Virus record (IMG/VR): IMGVR_UViG_3300036828_000508
Coordinates: 1 to 52,743 of that record
DNA length: 52,743 nucleotides
Direction: 5' to 3' (one strand)
Source of the DNA: a virus
Taxonomy: Duplodnaviria > Caudoviricetes
A program made the position numbers and the translations under genes. Shown here one piece after another: positions 28,081 through 37,788 of this stretch. The notes beneath the pieces were generated by a model. That model was given only the letters and a program-made list of their open reading frames with translations, ran no database searches and was not told where the DNA came from. Positions within the stretch are counted from its first letter, which is position 1. The number at the start of each line of letters is the position of its first letter.

Positions 28081-29541
28081 ATGGGCCTGGTCTCGCGGAT
28101 CGGTCAGACGTTCTCGGCCGTTGTTAAAGCGGCCGAGGGCGCCTGGCGCCCAGGTCCTTACTATCTCCCGGTGACGCACGGTTTTTTGCCGGACGGTGCC
28201 GCTGTTAACTGGTGGCAATGCGGCGAGACTCCTTATCTCGCCGGCACGCGGCTCGCCATCATCGAAGCTTGCATCGGCGCCTACAGCCAGACCATGGCGA
28301 TGTGTCCTGGATCGCACTGGCGCGCCAACGGCAAAGGCGGCCGCGATCGCGTCACCAATTCCGCGCTGTGCAGAATCCTGCGCTACCCAAACGATTATCA
28401 GAGCATCAGCGATCTGATTCTTAACACGGTGCGGCAGCTCTATCTCGAGGGCAACGCCTATCTGCTGTGCATGCGCAATGCGCGCTATGAGATCGAAGAG
28501 CTGCACCTCATGGACAATAGGTACAGCCGCGCCATGATCGACGGCGAAGGCGAGGTGCATTATGTCGTCGGTGGCAATTGGATAGTGCAGAACCGCTACG
28601 GCCCCTTAACGACGGTGCCGGCGCGCGACGTTCTGCATATCAAGCTGCACGTCGATCAGCTGCGCAATCCACTGCGCGGCGAAAGCCCGCTGGTGTCGGC
28701 TTATCTCGATGCCCTGACCGGGCAGTCGATCCGCGCCCAGCAATACGTGTTTTATCAGAACCAGGCCAAGCCCGGCTTTGTACTCTCGACCGATCTGGTG
28801 CTCGACAAGGATCAGGTCTCGGCATTGCGCGATCGTTGGAGCGAGCAATCAACCGGCGCCAATGCTGGCGGCACTCCGATCCTCACCAATGGCCTCAAGC
28901 CATTGCAGATCCCGGTCACCAATTTTCGCGACGCCCAGCTCGCCGAAGTGCTGCGGCTGACCGATCAGGATATTGCCATGGCGTTTCGCGTGCCGGCGCA
29001 GCTGGTCGGTCTGCAGGCCGCGCACACCACGCCGCACAGTTCGACCGAAGCGCTGATGCAATCCTGGGTCGCGTCCGGCCTTGGCTTCTGTCTCAACCAT
29101 ATCGAGGAAGCAATTGGCCAAACCTTTGAGCTCGACGGTCAGCCGGACGAGTATGTCGAATTTGATACCGGTGCGCTGCTGCGCTCGGATTTCAAGGATC
29201 GCATCGACAGCCTGGCCCGCGCAGTACAAGGCGGCATCATGAGTCCCAACGAGGCGAGAAATTCCGAAGATCTGGATTCGGTACCGTTCGGTGATGAGCC
29301 TCGTGTCCAGCAGCAGGTGGTGCCCTTGAGTCAGGTCGGCAAGATTCCGCCAGCGCCAGCTGCGCCATCGCAGCCGAGCGCGCCGCCGTCAGATAAAAAA
29401 CCAACGCAGCAGCCGCCGGGATCGTCGCAGAAGGCAGATGCCAATGTCGCAGCCAATGGAATCGCCCGAGTCATGTTCACCCGCGCCAAACGGATCCAAC
29501 GGCAGCAGCAGCGCGAACAACAACGACTCCTCAGCAGCTGA
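28081..29541 (+). CDS. HK97-family portal protein
   Basis: LRYPN, LYLEGNAY, DVLHIK, GESPL, IAMAFRVP, MSPNEAR. Confidence 0.92.
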   Translation: MGLVSRIGQTFSAVVKAAEGAWRPGPYYLPVTHGFLPDGAAVNWWQCGETPYLAGTRLAIIEACIGAYSQTMAMCPGSHWRANGKGGRDRVTNSALCRILRYPNDYQSISDLILNTVRQLYLEGNAYLLCMRNARYEIEELHLMDNRYSRAMIDGEGEVHYVVGGNWIVQNRYGPLTTVPARDVLHIKLHVDQLRNPLRGESPLVSAYLDALTGQSIRAQQYVFYQNQAKPGFVLSTDLVLDKDQVSALRDRWSEQSTGANAGGTPILTNGLKPLQIPVTNFRDAQLAEVLRLTDQDIAMAFRVPAQLVGLQAAHTTPHSSTEALMQSWVASGLGFCLNHIEEAIGQTFELDGQPDEYVEFDTGALLRSDFKDRIDSLARAVQGGIMSPNEARNSEDLDSVPFGDEPRVQQQVVPLSQVGKIPPAPAAPSQPSAPPSDKKPTQQPPGSSQKADANVAANGIARVMFTRAKRIQRQQQREQQRLLSS

Positions 29542-29554
29542 ATACCAGGAGAAT

Positions 29555-30628
29555 ATGCTCGATGCCGGCGCCGCCGTCATCGTCGAGCTGGAGGCCAAAT
29601 GGGGTCGCGATCTCGATCTCATGCGCGCGGAGGCGCGCGCGATCATCGCCGACCTGCGCGCCGCGAATGTCGAGCTGGTCGCGCAGCAGCGCGAGAAGAT
29701 CGATTATCGCCTAGCCTCGCTCAAAGACGGTGACGTCGGCGAGCCGGGCAGGAACGGCAGCGTCGGCGATCCAGGGCCAGCTGGCCCAGCCGGTGCGCCT
29801 GGCTTGCCGGGCGACAAAGGCGATACCGGTGAGCCCGGCGAGCCCGGAAAGAACGGCGCCGATGGCGCGCCTGGAGTCGAAGGACCGCCCGGCGCTGTCG
29901 GGCCGGTCGGGCCGCCCGGCGCTAACGGCGAGCCCGGCGAGCCTGGTCGCAATGGCGACGCCGGCGCGTCCGGCGCCAAGGGCGATCGCGGCGAGCCTGG
30001 CCGCAATGGTGAACCCGGCGTGGTCGGCGCCAAGGGCGAGCCCGGTGAGCCTGGCCGCAACGGCGAGCCCGGCATGGTCGGCGCCAAGGGCGATCGCGGC
30101 GACAAGGGCGAAGCCGGTCCGCGCGGCGGCGTCGACAAGATTGTCGCCTGGTCGGATCGGATCTTCTACGAGGGCCGTCTGGTCACGCACAAAGGCTCGT
30201 GCTGGCAGGCCGCTTGCGATACCGCCAGGCAGCCCGGCACTTCCGCCGATTGGCTCGAGATCGCCGCCGGCGGCGCACCCGGTGGCACCTTCAAAATTCG
30301 CGGCACCTGGCGCGCCGAGGAAAAATACCGCGCGCTCGATGTCGTCACCCTCGATTACGGCTGGTTCGTCGCCAGGCAGGACGATCCCGGCCCGATTCCC
30401 GGTCCTGGCTGGCAGGCCGGCCCGGTCGGCCGCCGCGGCGAAAAAGGCATCGCTGGCGAGCGCGGCGGCAAAGGCGATCCCGGCAAGTCGGCGCCGCATT
30501 GGATCGGCCTCAAGGCCGACGGCTATAGCCTCACCGCGGTGATGAGCGATGGCGCTATCGGGCCGCGCATTTCGCTCTTCTCGATGTTTGAGCAATTCGA
30601 GGCCGAGCTGAGACTGCGGAGCAAATAG
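29555..30628 (+). CDS. Collagen-like (Gly-X-Y) head-associated protein
   Basis: Long GXY tract; C-terminal VTHKGSCWQA module; AGGAG RBS. Confidence 0.75.
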   Translation: MLDAGAAVIVELEAKWGRDLDLMRAEARAIIADLRAANVELVAQQREKIDYRLASLKDGDVGEPGRNGSVGDPGPAGPAGAPGLPGDKGDTGEPGEPGKNGADGAPGVEGPPGAVGPVGPPGANGEPGEPGRNGDAGASGAKGDRGEPGRNGEPGVVGAKGEPGEPGRNGEPGMVGAKGDRGDKGEAGPRGGVDKIVAWSDRIFYEGRLVTHKGSCWQAACDTARQPGTSADWLEIAAGGAPGGTFKIRGTWRAEEKYRALDVVTLDYGWFVARQDDPGPIPGPGWQAGPVGRRGEKGIAGERGGKGDPGKSAPHWIGLKADGYSLTAVMSDGAIGPRISLFSMFEQFEAELRLRSK

Positions 30629-30630
30629 CA

Positions 30631-31269
30631 GTGCAGCAGATCCTCAACGTCATCACGCCATCGCCGACGCAGGATCTGGTGTCGCTCGATGACATGAAGC
30701 AGAAACTCTTCATCGCGTCGTCGGATACGACCAAGGATTTTCTGCTGCAGGAGATCATCACCAACACCTCGGAGACGATCGCCAAATTATGCAATCGGGT
30801 CTTTGGCTATGAGGAAGTCGACGAAACTTTCTATCAGCTCGAGGATGGCAGTAGCCAACGGCTCTATCTGTCGCGCTGGCCGGTGCTGCTCACCGATATC
30901 AAAACCTTCACCCAGGACGGCAACGATCTGTTGGCGGCGCCCAATTGGGTGCTCGAGCAGGCCACCGGGACCATCTATCTGCAATCCAGCCTCGGTTCCT
31001 GGTACGGCGTTATCGATGTTGACTACAGCGGCGGCTATCAATTGCCCGACGGCGCGCCAGGCTCGTTGAAGTTCGCCACCGAGGCGCTGATCCGCGAAGG
31101 CTACATGTCTTGGATCCGCTCGCCGGCGTCGTTCGGGGTGCGCCAAATTTCGCATAAGGAGGCCCGCATAGGTTACTTCGGGCCAAATCTTTTCCCCACC
31201 ACCGGGCTGCCGGCGACCTGGCAAACCGTGCAGAGCATCTTGAACAGATACATCAGGCACTGGGTGTGA
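30631..31269 (+). CDS. Head-tail connector (gp6-like)
   Basis: LVSLDDMKQKL, LSRWPV, YSGGY. Confidence 0.7.
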   Translation: MQQILNVITPSPTQDLVSLDDMKQKLFIASSDTTKDFLLQEIITNTSETIAKLCNRVFGYEEVDETFYQLEDGSSQRLYLSRWPVLLTDIKTFTQDGNDLLAAPNWVLEQATGTIYLQSSLGSWYGVIDVDYSGGYQLPDGAPGSLKFATEALIREGYMSWIRSPASFGVRQISHKEARIGYFGPNLFPTTGLPATWQTVQSILNRYIRHWV

Positions 31270-32327
31270 TCATGAAGCAGGAGCAGATCAGGCTGCGGGC
31301 CGCCGCTTATCAATGGCGCGCTGCCGCCGCGACAGTCCGGGGCTTCGTCGAAGGCACATCGCCCGAGACCATGGCGCGTGCGATGTATCCGGACGATCAG
31401 GTCACGCCGCTGGTGTTGCGCGCGGCGACGACACAGGCAACGACAACGGATCCGTTGTGGGCCGGTCCGCTGGCGATGCAAAGCCGCGCCGACGCGATCG
31501 AGGATGTGGTCGCGCTTTCCGCGCTCGGCCGGCTGCTGGCGGCCGGTGCGCTCAATGTCGATCTCGGCCGCCTGGCGACGCTCATCGTTCCTGGCCGCGT
31601 CACCAATGTACTCGATGCCGGCCAGTTCGTGCAGGAAGGCAAACCGGTGCAGGTGCGCCAACTGAATGTCACCGGCGCGCCATTGCGCCCGCGCAAGCTC
31701 GAAGTGATCGTCACGGTGACGCGCGAGCTTACCGAGGCGTCAAACATCGAAGACGTGGTTCGCGTGATTTTGACCGAGGCGGCCGGTATCGCGCTCGACG
31801 CCGCGATCTTCTCGGCAACCGCGGCAACGCCGGCGCGCTCGGCCGGCATTCTCAACGGACTGGTCGCGCTGGCACCGTCGGCGGCTGGCGGCTTCGAGGG
31901 CGCCGGCGAAGATCTCGGCGCCTTGACCCTCGATCTTGCCACGCGCGCCGGCGGCCAATTTCCGTTCTTCATCGCCGCGCCCAGCCAGGCGACGACATTG
32001 CGCTATTGGGCCGGCGGTCAATTCGGCACCGGACCCGGCAGCGATATTCTCCCCGTCGCCGCCAGCGCCGGTCTGCCAGACAAGACTGTCGTCTGCCTCG
32101 AACCGCGCAGCTTCGTCTGCACCATCGGGCAGCCCAGCTTCTCGGCAAGCCGCGTCGCGACGCTGCACCAGGAGGACACTACGCCGGCCGATATCGTCGC
32201 CGGCGCAGCGGCGACGCCGGTCAAGAGCATGTTCCAGATCGATGCCATCGCGCTGAAAATGACGCTATGGGCCGACTGGGCGATGCGCGCGCCGCACGTT
32301 TCTTTCATGGATGCGGTGACCTGGTAA
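31266..32327 (+). CDS. Second major-capsid-family protein (paralogue)
   Basis: FVQEGKPVQV, LRPRKL, GIALDAAI, LHQEDTTPADIV...PVKSMFQ align with the main capsid. Confidence 0.8.
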   Translation: MIMKQEQIRLRAAAYQWRAAAATVRGFVEGTSPETMARAMYPDDQVTPLVLRAATTQATTTDPLWAGPLAMQSRADAIEDVVALSALGRLLAAGALNVDLGRLATLIVPGRVTNVLDAGQFVQEGKPVQVRQLNVTGAPLRPRKLEVIVTVTRELTEASNIEDVVRVILTEAAGIALDAAIFSATAATPARSAGILNGLVALAPSAAGGFEGAGEDLGALTLDLATRAGGQFPFFIAAPSQATTLRYWAGGQFGTGPGSDILPVAASAGLPDKTVVCLEPRSFVCTIGQPSFSASRVATLHQEDTTPADIVAGAAATPVKSMFQIDAIALKMTLWADWAMRAPHVSFMDAVTW

Positions 32328-32725
32328 TGCCGATCGAATTTGATCCCGGCCCGCTGGCGAAGCTCGATCGCCGGCTCGACGACATGGTCAAACAGCTCGA
32401 GGCCTTCGGCAATCATTTCGGCGATATCCTGTCGGACTGGCAAACCGAGGACATCCACCGCAAAAGGGCGTTCACGCTGAAGTGGGGCAAGCGGGTGCAT
32501 AAGGCGCAGACCACAGTGCGGCCGCACTCATTGCACGAAATGCTCGGCGAGCACGCCTATCAACGTATCGTCTTGCACACGCCAAATGTTAAGCGCGGCC
32601 ACATCCGCCGTCGCTATCGCGGTCGCGTCTATCGGCGCACCTCGACCCGGCCGATATTGCGCTCCGGGTTGCTTGAACTGCTGCAGGCCCGATTGAACGA
32701 GGCGCTGGCGCGTCTCAAATGGTGA
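32327..32725 (+). CDS. Hypothetical neck-region protein
   Basis: TAATG coupling; position. Confidence 0.55.
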   Translation: MPIEFDPGPLAKLDRRLDDMVKQLEAFGNHFGDILSDWQTEDIHRKRAFTLKWGKRVHKAQTTVRPHSLHEMLGEHAYQRIVLHTPNVKRGHIRRRYRGRVYRRTSTRPILRSGLLELLQARLNEALARLKW

Positions 32726-32731
32726 TGAGCT

Positions 32732-33085
32732 ATGGGTCAGGATTGGGCCAACACAGTCTATGCGCCATGCCAGGATACTTTCGGCCGCGAGATCTGGATC
32801 AATCCGGTGGTCTCGCAGCCCGGCACTCCGGCCTATCAGGCGCGCGGCATCTATAATCGCAACCGTCTCAATGAAATCCTCGAAGATGGCTCGATGTTCG
32901 TCGAGCAGGAAACCATCCTCGACGTCCTCGAGCAGGAATTCCCGGTGCTGCCGCAGCAGGACGACGAGGTAACGATCCCGGTCGACAGCCTCGGCATGCA
33001 AACTGCGCCCGGCGATTTCACCATTACCAGCGTTTGGGACAATGGCGGCGGCGAATGGTCGCTGCATCTGCGTAAAAAAGTTTGA
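32732..33085 (+). CDS. Head-tail joining protein
   Basis: Size, position, beta-rich pattern. Confidence 0.6.
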   Translation: MGQDWANTVYAPCQDTFGREIWINPVVSQPGTPAYQARGIYNRNRLNEILEDGSMFVEQETILDVLEQEFPVLPQQDDEVTIPVDSLGMQTAPGDFTITSVWDNGGGEWSLHLRKKV

Positions 33086-33753
33086 TCACAGAAATCCAAA
33101 CTTATGCGTTCGACATCCGCGACGCCTTCTTTAACGTCGTCACCGCGGACCCGTTCTTTGCTGGCTACACCAAACGCAAAAACAAAATGCGGCCGGTGCA
33201 GCAAAACCTGATCCCTTATCTCGGCGTTTATCTGTTGCCGGAAACGACGACACCGGATGGCGATGCTAACGCCGGCTGTATCCGCTTTACACATACCGTG
33301 CCGATCGGATTTTCCGCCATCGTTGCCAACAGTGATCCGGACGTCGCCGAGGCCACCGCCGATCAGGCCATGCAAAGGATCATGGTCAGTGCCTATACCG
33401 ATCTGCATCTTTTCAATGTTCTCAACAACAGCAATCCAGACGGCGTCGGCATCGAGGGGCTTTCTCGCGGCACCCGGCGTACGAATTTCGGCGTTGTGTC
33501 GACCGATAACGAAATGCCGTTCTGCGAGGCGCAATACGAGGTGGGCTGTACCTTCCGTACCGAATGGTATCCCGACATCACCGACACGCTCGACGAAATC
33601 GATGTCACCACCGGCGTCAAACCGGGCGACACCCAGACGGAAATGGATCAGCGGCAACAGGTCGCCGTGGTCTACGACTTCACGGCATTACGGCAGCAAC
33701 GCAAGCCGCTGCGAAAGCCATGGTTACTAGCGCGCGATCAAAGGAGAAAATGA
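33082..33753 (+). CDS. Putative tail terminator/completion protein
   Basis: Position before sheath; PYLGVY. Confidence 0.5.
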   Translation: MITEIQTYAFDIRDAFFNVVTADPFFAGYTKRKNKMRPVQQNLIPYLGVYLLPETTTPDGDANAGCIRFTHTVPIGFSAIVANSDPDVAEATADQAMQRIMVSAYTDLHLFNVLNNSNPDGVGIEGLSRGTRRTNFGVVSTDNEMPFCEAQYEVGCTFRTEWYPDITDTLDEIDVTTGVKPGDTQTEMDQRQQVAVVYDFTALRQQRKPLRKPWLLARDQRRK

Positions 33754-34061
33754 AAATGGTTAACGTCAACATCCGAACCATCACGCCAGGCCAGCGCCAG
33801 CGCGAAAAAGTTCAGCGCATGCAGAAACTGCACCAGCGGCCAGGCATCCGCGTCACGCCAAAAAATGACGACATGCGGCGCTTGCTCAAGCATCCGCGCG
33901 CCGGCGCCTTCCGCAGCGAAGGCTCGATGGAATGGCCCGACGACAGCTTCACCCACCGCCGGCTGCGCGACGGCGACATCAAGCGCGAGGAAAAGAAAAC
34001 CGAAGAGAAGTCGGACCAGGCTCACCATCGAAGCCCAGCCAGCCACCAAACCAAGGAATAG
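33750..34061 (+). CDS. Mu-like DUF2635-type small protein
   Basis: LKHP...EWPDDSFTHRRLRDGDI directly before the sheath. Confidence 0.6.
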   Translation: MKMVNVNIRTITPGQRQREKVQRMQKLHQRPGIRVTPKNDDMRRLLKHPRAGAFRSEGSMEWPDDSFTHRRLRDGDIKREEKKTEEKSDQAHHRSPASHQTKE

Positions 34062-34146
34062 CTGGAAAAATAATTCTCTCTTACTAAAGGCAAGCCATGG
34101 TCGGCCGCGCGGCGGCTTACGTGGCTTCAAACAAAGGAGAAGACCC

Positions 34147-35999
34147 ATGCCGATATCTTTTGCGGCGATTCCCTCTTCAATTAAAGTTCCGCTGTATTGG
34201 GTTTTTTGAGGCCCCTTTGCCGAGCAATCGGCATCGAATAAATCCGGGTGAATTCAGGGAACAGCCAGACCGGCCAATCCTGAGCCAAGCCGCGCAAGCG
34301 GACAGGTGCAACGACTAGAGCGAAAGCTCGTAGGGCCAAGCGGCCCGAAGCGCCCGGCCCCTCACAAACGAGGGTGATGATATAGTCTGCTCTGCATAGG
34401 AATATGCAGCTGTCCCGCAAAGGGACGACGACGAGCCTCGCGACCTCGTTGTGAACATAAGGTGAGGTCGACCCCTCGATGGCTGGTTTGCCGTCGATCA
34501 ATCTGCGCGCACTTCTCGTTGGTGTGATGAGCACTACCGAGGGCAGCGCGACGGTTGATGTGCCGGTGCCGATCGGCTCGCAAGCGCAGGCCGATTCCAA
34601 TTTTGGCGTCGGCTCGGAATTGAGCCGGATGTTCACTCGATTCTATTCCAATAATTTCGCGAATGAAGTGTGGGGCCTCGGCGTTTCGCCCGGCGGCACT
34701 GCATCGGCGGCGACCGGCACCATCACCGTCACGGCGGCGCCGACGGCTCCCGGCACGTTATGGCTTTACGTTGCCGGCCAGCTGGTCAGCGGCATCAATA
34801 TCTTTACCACCGACACGGTACCCGACATCGCGACCTCGATCGCCGATGCGATCAATGGCGCCTATGCCAGTGGCGATCCGGCGTTGCCGGTCAGTGCCGT
34901 TGCTGCGGCCGGCGTCGTGACGCTGACGGCGTTGTTTGATGGCGTCAACGGCAACGAGATCACGGTGTCGCTGAATTACCAGGGCGCACTTGGCGGTCAG
35001 ATCACGCCTCCCGGCCTCGGCATTACGTTGCCGACCGGTGGCTTGCTCAGCGGCGGCGTCGGCACGCCGGATTTCACCAACGCCATCGCCAACATCCAAA
35101 AGGAAGCGTTCGAATACGTCGCGATGCCGTACGCTGACGCCAATTCGCTGTTCGCTTGGGATCAGGAATTTGGCTTCACCGACACCGGCCGCTGGGGCTG
35201 GCAGCGCCAGCAGTTCGGCCATGTCTTTAGTGCCAAGCGCGGCATCTACTCCGACTTGATCCTGTTTGGCGATACACTTAACAGCGGGGTCGAGTCGATC
35301 ATGGCAATGGAGCAGACTTGTCCGTCGCCGATGTTCGAGGTCGCGGCCGCCTATACCGCCAAGGCGCAGCGCGCTTTGATCAACGATCCGGCGCGGCCGT
35401 TGCAGACCTTGTCGCTCAATGAAGTCAAGGCAGCGCCACTGCAGGACCGTTTCAACTTCGTCGAGATCAACAGCCTGGCATCGAACGGGCTGGCGATTCA
35501 GGAAGTCGGCAGCGATGGTCAGCCGATGATCATGCGGGAGCAAACGACTTATCAGCTCAATCTCTACGGCCAAACCGACGACGCCTATGAGCTGGTAACG
35601 ACGCTTGCGACCTTGGCCAAGCTGCTGCGCAATCAGCGCCAGGCCATCACCTCGAAATTCCCGCGCAGCAAGCTCGCCGACGACGGCACCAAGTTCGGGC
35701 CGGGGCAGGCGATCGTCACGCCCGGCATCATCAAGGCCGAGCTTGTCAACGAGTACCAGCTCGATATGTGGAACGGTCTTGTAGAGAACCTTAAAGAGTT
35801 CAAGGCTAATCTAATGGTCGAGCGCGACCCCAATGACCCCAATCGGGTCAACGTGCTCTATCCGCCCGACCTGATCAATCAGCTGCGGATCTTTGCCGTG
35901 CTGGCACAGTTCCGCTTGCAATACGATCGTGGCCTCGACACCGCGATCATCGGTGCAGCACCGCCTCCGTTCCAGGCGGCTGGTGGTACGCCGCAGTAA
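34147..35999 (+). CDS. Mu gpL-like tail sheath protein, split by an intron (exons 34147-34202 and 34463-35999)
   Basis: Spliced N-terminus MPISFAAIPSSIKVPLYWVEVDPSMAG; FGVGSEL, DPARPLQTL, DLINQLRIFA. Confidence 0.92.
34203..34462 (+). ncRNA. Group I self-splicing intron without an ORF
   Basis: Exon ends in U paired with the GCCC guide; P GAATTCAGGGAA, Q AATCCTGAGC, R CAACGACTAGA, S ATGATATAGTC; terminal G; removal restores frame. Confidence 0.92.
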
Positions 36000-36012
36000 G
36001 TCACCTAGCGGC

Positions 36013-36675
36013 CTAATCAACGCCGCGTCGTAACCGTTCGCGATAGCGTCGTTTGCGATCACGCATGCATTGTGGGCACGGCTTACCAAATGGTTTGACG
36101 TGCCCATGTGTGCAAACAGCCCGACTTGATGCGAGGCGAAGTTTTTGTTTGTGTGCTTCTGACTTCGGCTTGGAGTTAATACCAGAATGATCGTTAAGCG
36201 CTCGGGCTGCGCGCATTTTTGCAAACTTGTCGGCATACGTTTCAGGCGCTTCAGCAATCAGTCGCAATTGTGCTTGGCGTATTGCTTCACGGTGTTGCGG
36301 AGATTTTGGGCCTTTCCCTACGCCACTTTGTTTGACGGCTCGCGATATCTTGCGCTTCGTCTGTTCAGTGTGTCGTCGCCCGGCGCGGACGCCCACACCG
36401 CCCGCCATGCGATTCCAGCCGAGATTGGCTGTCGGGCGTAGCGACCGTTCGATTTCCAAGCATCGCACTATCGGTCCTTCGTAAAGAACTCGCACCGAAA
36501 AGGTCTTGGGCAGCTCACGCGCGGCACTGTTTCGTCTCTCTCGGTGTTGCTGAAGCCGCGCCTTCAGGTTCGTCGTGACGCCGATATAGCCGCTGTCTGT
36601 CGGATCGATACAGCGCGCGTCGAACAACCAATAGACCCAGCCTAATTCATCTGCCTGTGGTTGCATTGTGGGCAT
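36013..36675 (-). CDS. Free-standing GIY-YIG homing endonuclease with NUMOD3-like repeats
   Basis: WVYWL...GYIGVTTNLKARLQQH; HTEQTKRKIS, KSEAHKQKL; antisense between sheath and tube. Confidence 0.85.
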   Translation of the reverse strand: MPTMQPQADELGWVYWLFDARCIDPTDSGYIGVTTNLKARLQQHRERRNSAARELPKTFSVRVLYEGPIVRCLEIERSLRPTANLGWNRMAGGVGVRAGRRHTEQTKRKISRAVKQSGVGKGPKSPQHREAIRQAQLRLIAEAPETYADKFAKMRAARALNDHSGINSKPKSEAHKQKLRLASSRAVCTHGHVKPFGKPCPQCMRDRKRRYRERLRRGVD

Positions 36676-36755
36676 GCCCTGTCCTCGTGTTAACCATACA
36701 AAACAGCCAGATAATACGGGCACTTTCGCTATCTGTCAAAAATAGGAGATGGTAC

Positions 36756-37124
36756 ATGGCTCAGAGATTTGCCGGAATTGCTTTCTTGACGGTCGATGGA
36801 ACGCAATTGGCATTGCGTGGGAATTTCACCGTCTCACCATCAGTGGTTGAGCGTACGATGATAGCTGGACAGGATGGTGTCCATGGGTACCAGGAGCTGC
36901 CCAGGGTGCCGTTCATTGAAGGCGATCTGTCGGCGGTGCCTGGTTTGTTGCTCGACGATCTCGAGACGCAGACCGATGTCACCGTGGTGGCACAGCTCGC
37001 CAACGGTCTTCAGTACACATTGACTGGGGGCACCTGTAAGTGCGGCTTTGAAGAGAACACCCGCGACGGTCAATTGCGGGTGCGCTGGGAAGGCCTTGCC
37101 TGCCAGGAAATCTCGATTGGGTAA
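36756..37124 (+). CDS. Mu gpM-like tail tube protein
   Basis: AGQDGVHGYQELPRVPFIEG; position. Confidence 0.85.
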   Translation: MAQRFAGIAFLTVDGTQLALRGNFTVSPSVVERTMIAGQDGVHGYQELPRVPFIEGDLSAVPGLLLDDLETQTDVTVVAQLANGLQYTLTGGTCKCGFEENTRDGQLRVRWEGLACQEISIG

Positions 37125-37133
37125 GGCCGCGTC

Positions 37134-37622
37134 ATGAACCAGCCAGCAGTTAAGCCCGTGCGGGAAGGCTTTGTGCGCGAGGCAGAGCCGGCGCCACCGC
37201 TCGAGCCGCCGCGTGATGCGCCGCCGCAGCCGGTGTTGCCGACGCAGATGAAGCTCGAGCAGCCGCCGCTCGAGCCGGCGCTGTCGGAAACCGACAAGCT
37301 TCGTAAGGACATCGCCGCTGCGTCCGATAGCTGGCCGATTACGGTGCAGCTGCTCTACAAGCCGATCATGAACGACAAAGGCGAAACCATAAACGCCCTG
37401 TCGTTTCGCGAGCCGCGCGCCAGCGAGATCAACCGCATCGGCAATCCGACGCGCATGTTATGGGATGGCGAGATCATTCTCGAAGAACGCAAGATGACTT
37501 ACATCATGGCGGCGCTGTGCGGCGTGCTGCCGCCGCTGCTCGAGGCCATGGACCCGCGCGATTGGAATTCTTGCGCATATAGACTGCGCAAATTTTTTTT
37601 ACCCGATCTGCGGGGATGGTGA
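37134..37622 (+). CDS. Tail assembly chaperone (Mu gp41-like); probable -1 frameshift product extends to 37786
   Basis: LSFREP, LEAMDPRDW; slippery T TTT TTA at 37595-37601. Confidence 0.8.
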   Translation: MNQPAVKPVREGFVREAEPAPPLEPPRDAPPQPVLPTQMKLEQPPLEPALSETDKLRKDIAAASDSWPITVQLLYKPIMNDKGETINALSFREPRASEINRIGNPTRMLWDGEIILEERKMTYIMAALCGVLPPLLEAMDPRDWNSCAYRLRKFFLPDLRGW

Positions 37623-37788
37623 TCACGCTGATCGACGACAGCATGATCCTCGACTGCTATCGCCTGGCCGCGCACTACCATCTTGACCCGCGAATTTTTC
37701 TCGACATGCCGGTGAGCGAAGTGCGGTTGCATCTGAGCCGCACCGCGCAGCTTGAGAACAGTCGTCGCGCTGAAAGCGATCAATAACG

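Noticed and set aside
29704-30595. Antisense ORFs over collagen genes (also 51514-52196) and other long shadow ORFs such as 42914-44197 and 26103-27170
   Set aside because: Mirror frames of GC-rich real genes
33865-34209. Sheath 5' end as a pseudogene or frameshift
   Set aside because: Explained by the group I intron; splicing restores the frame
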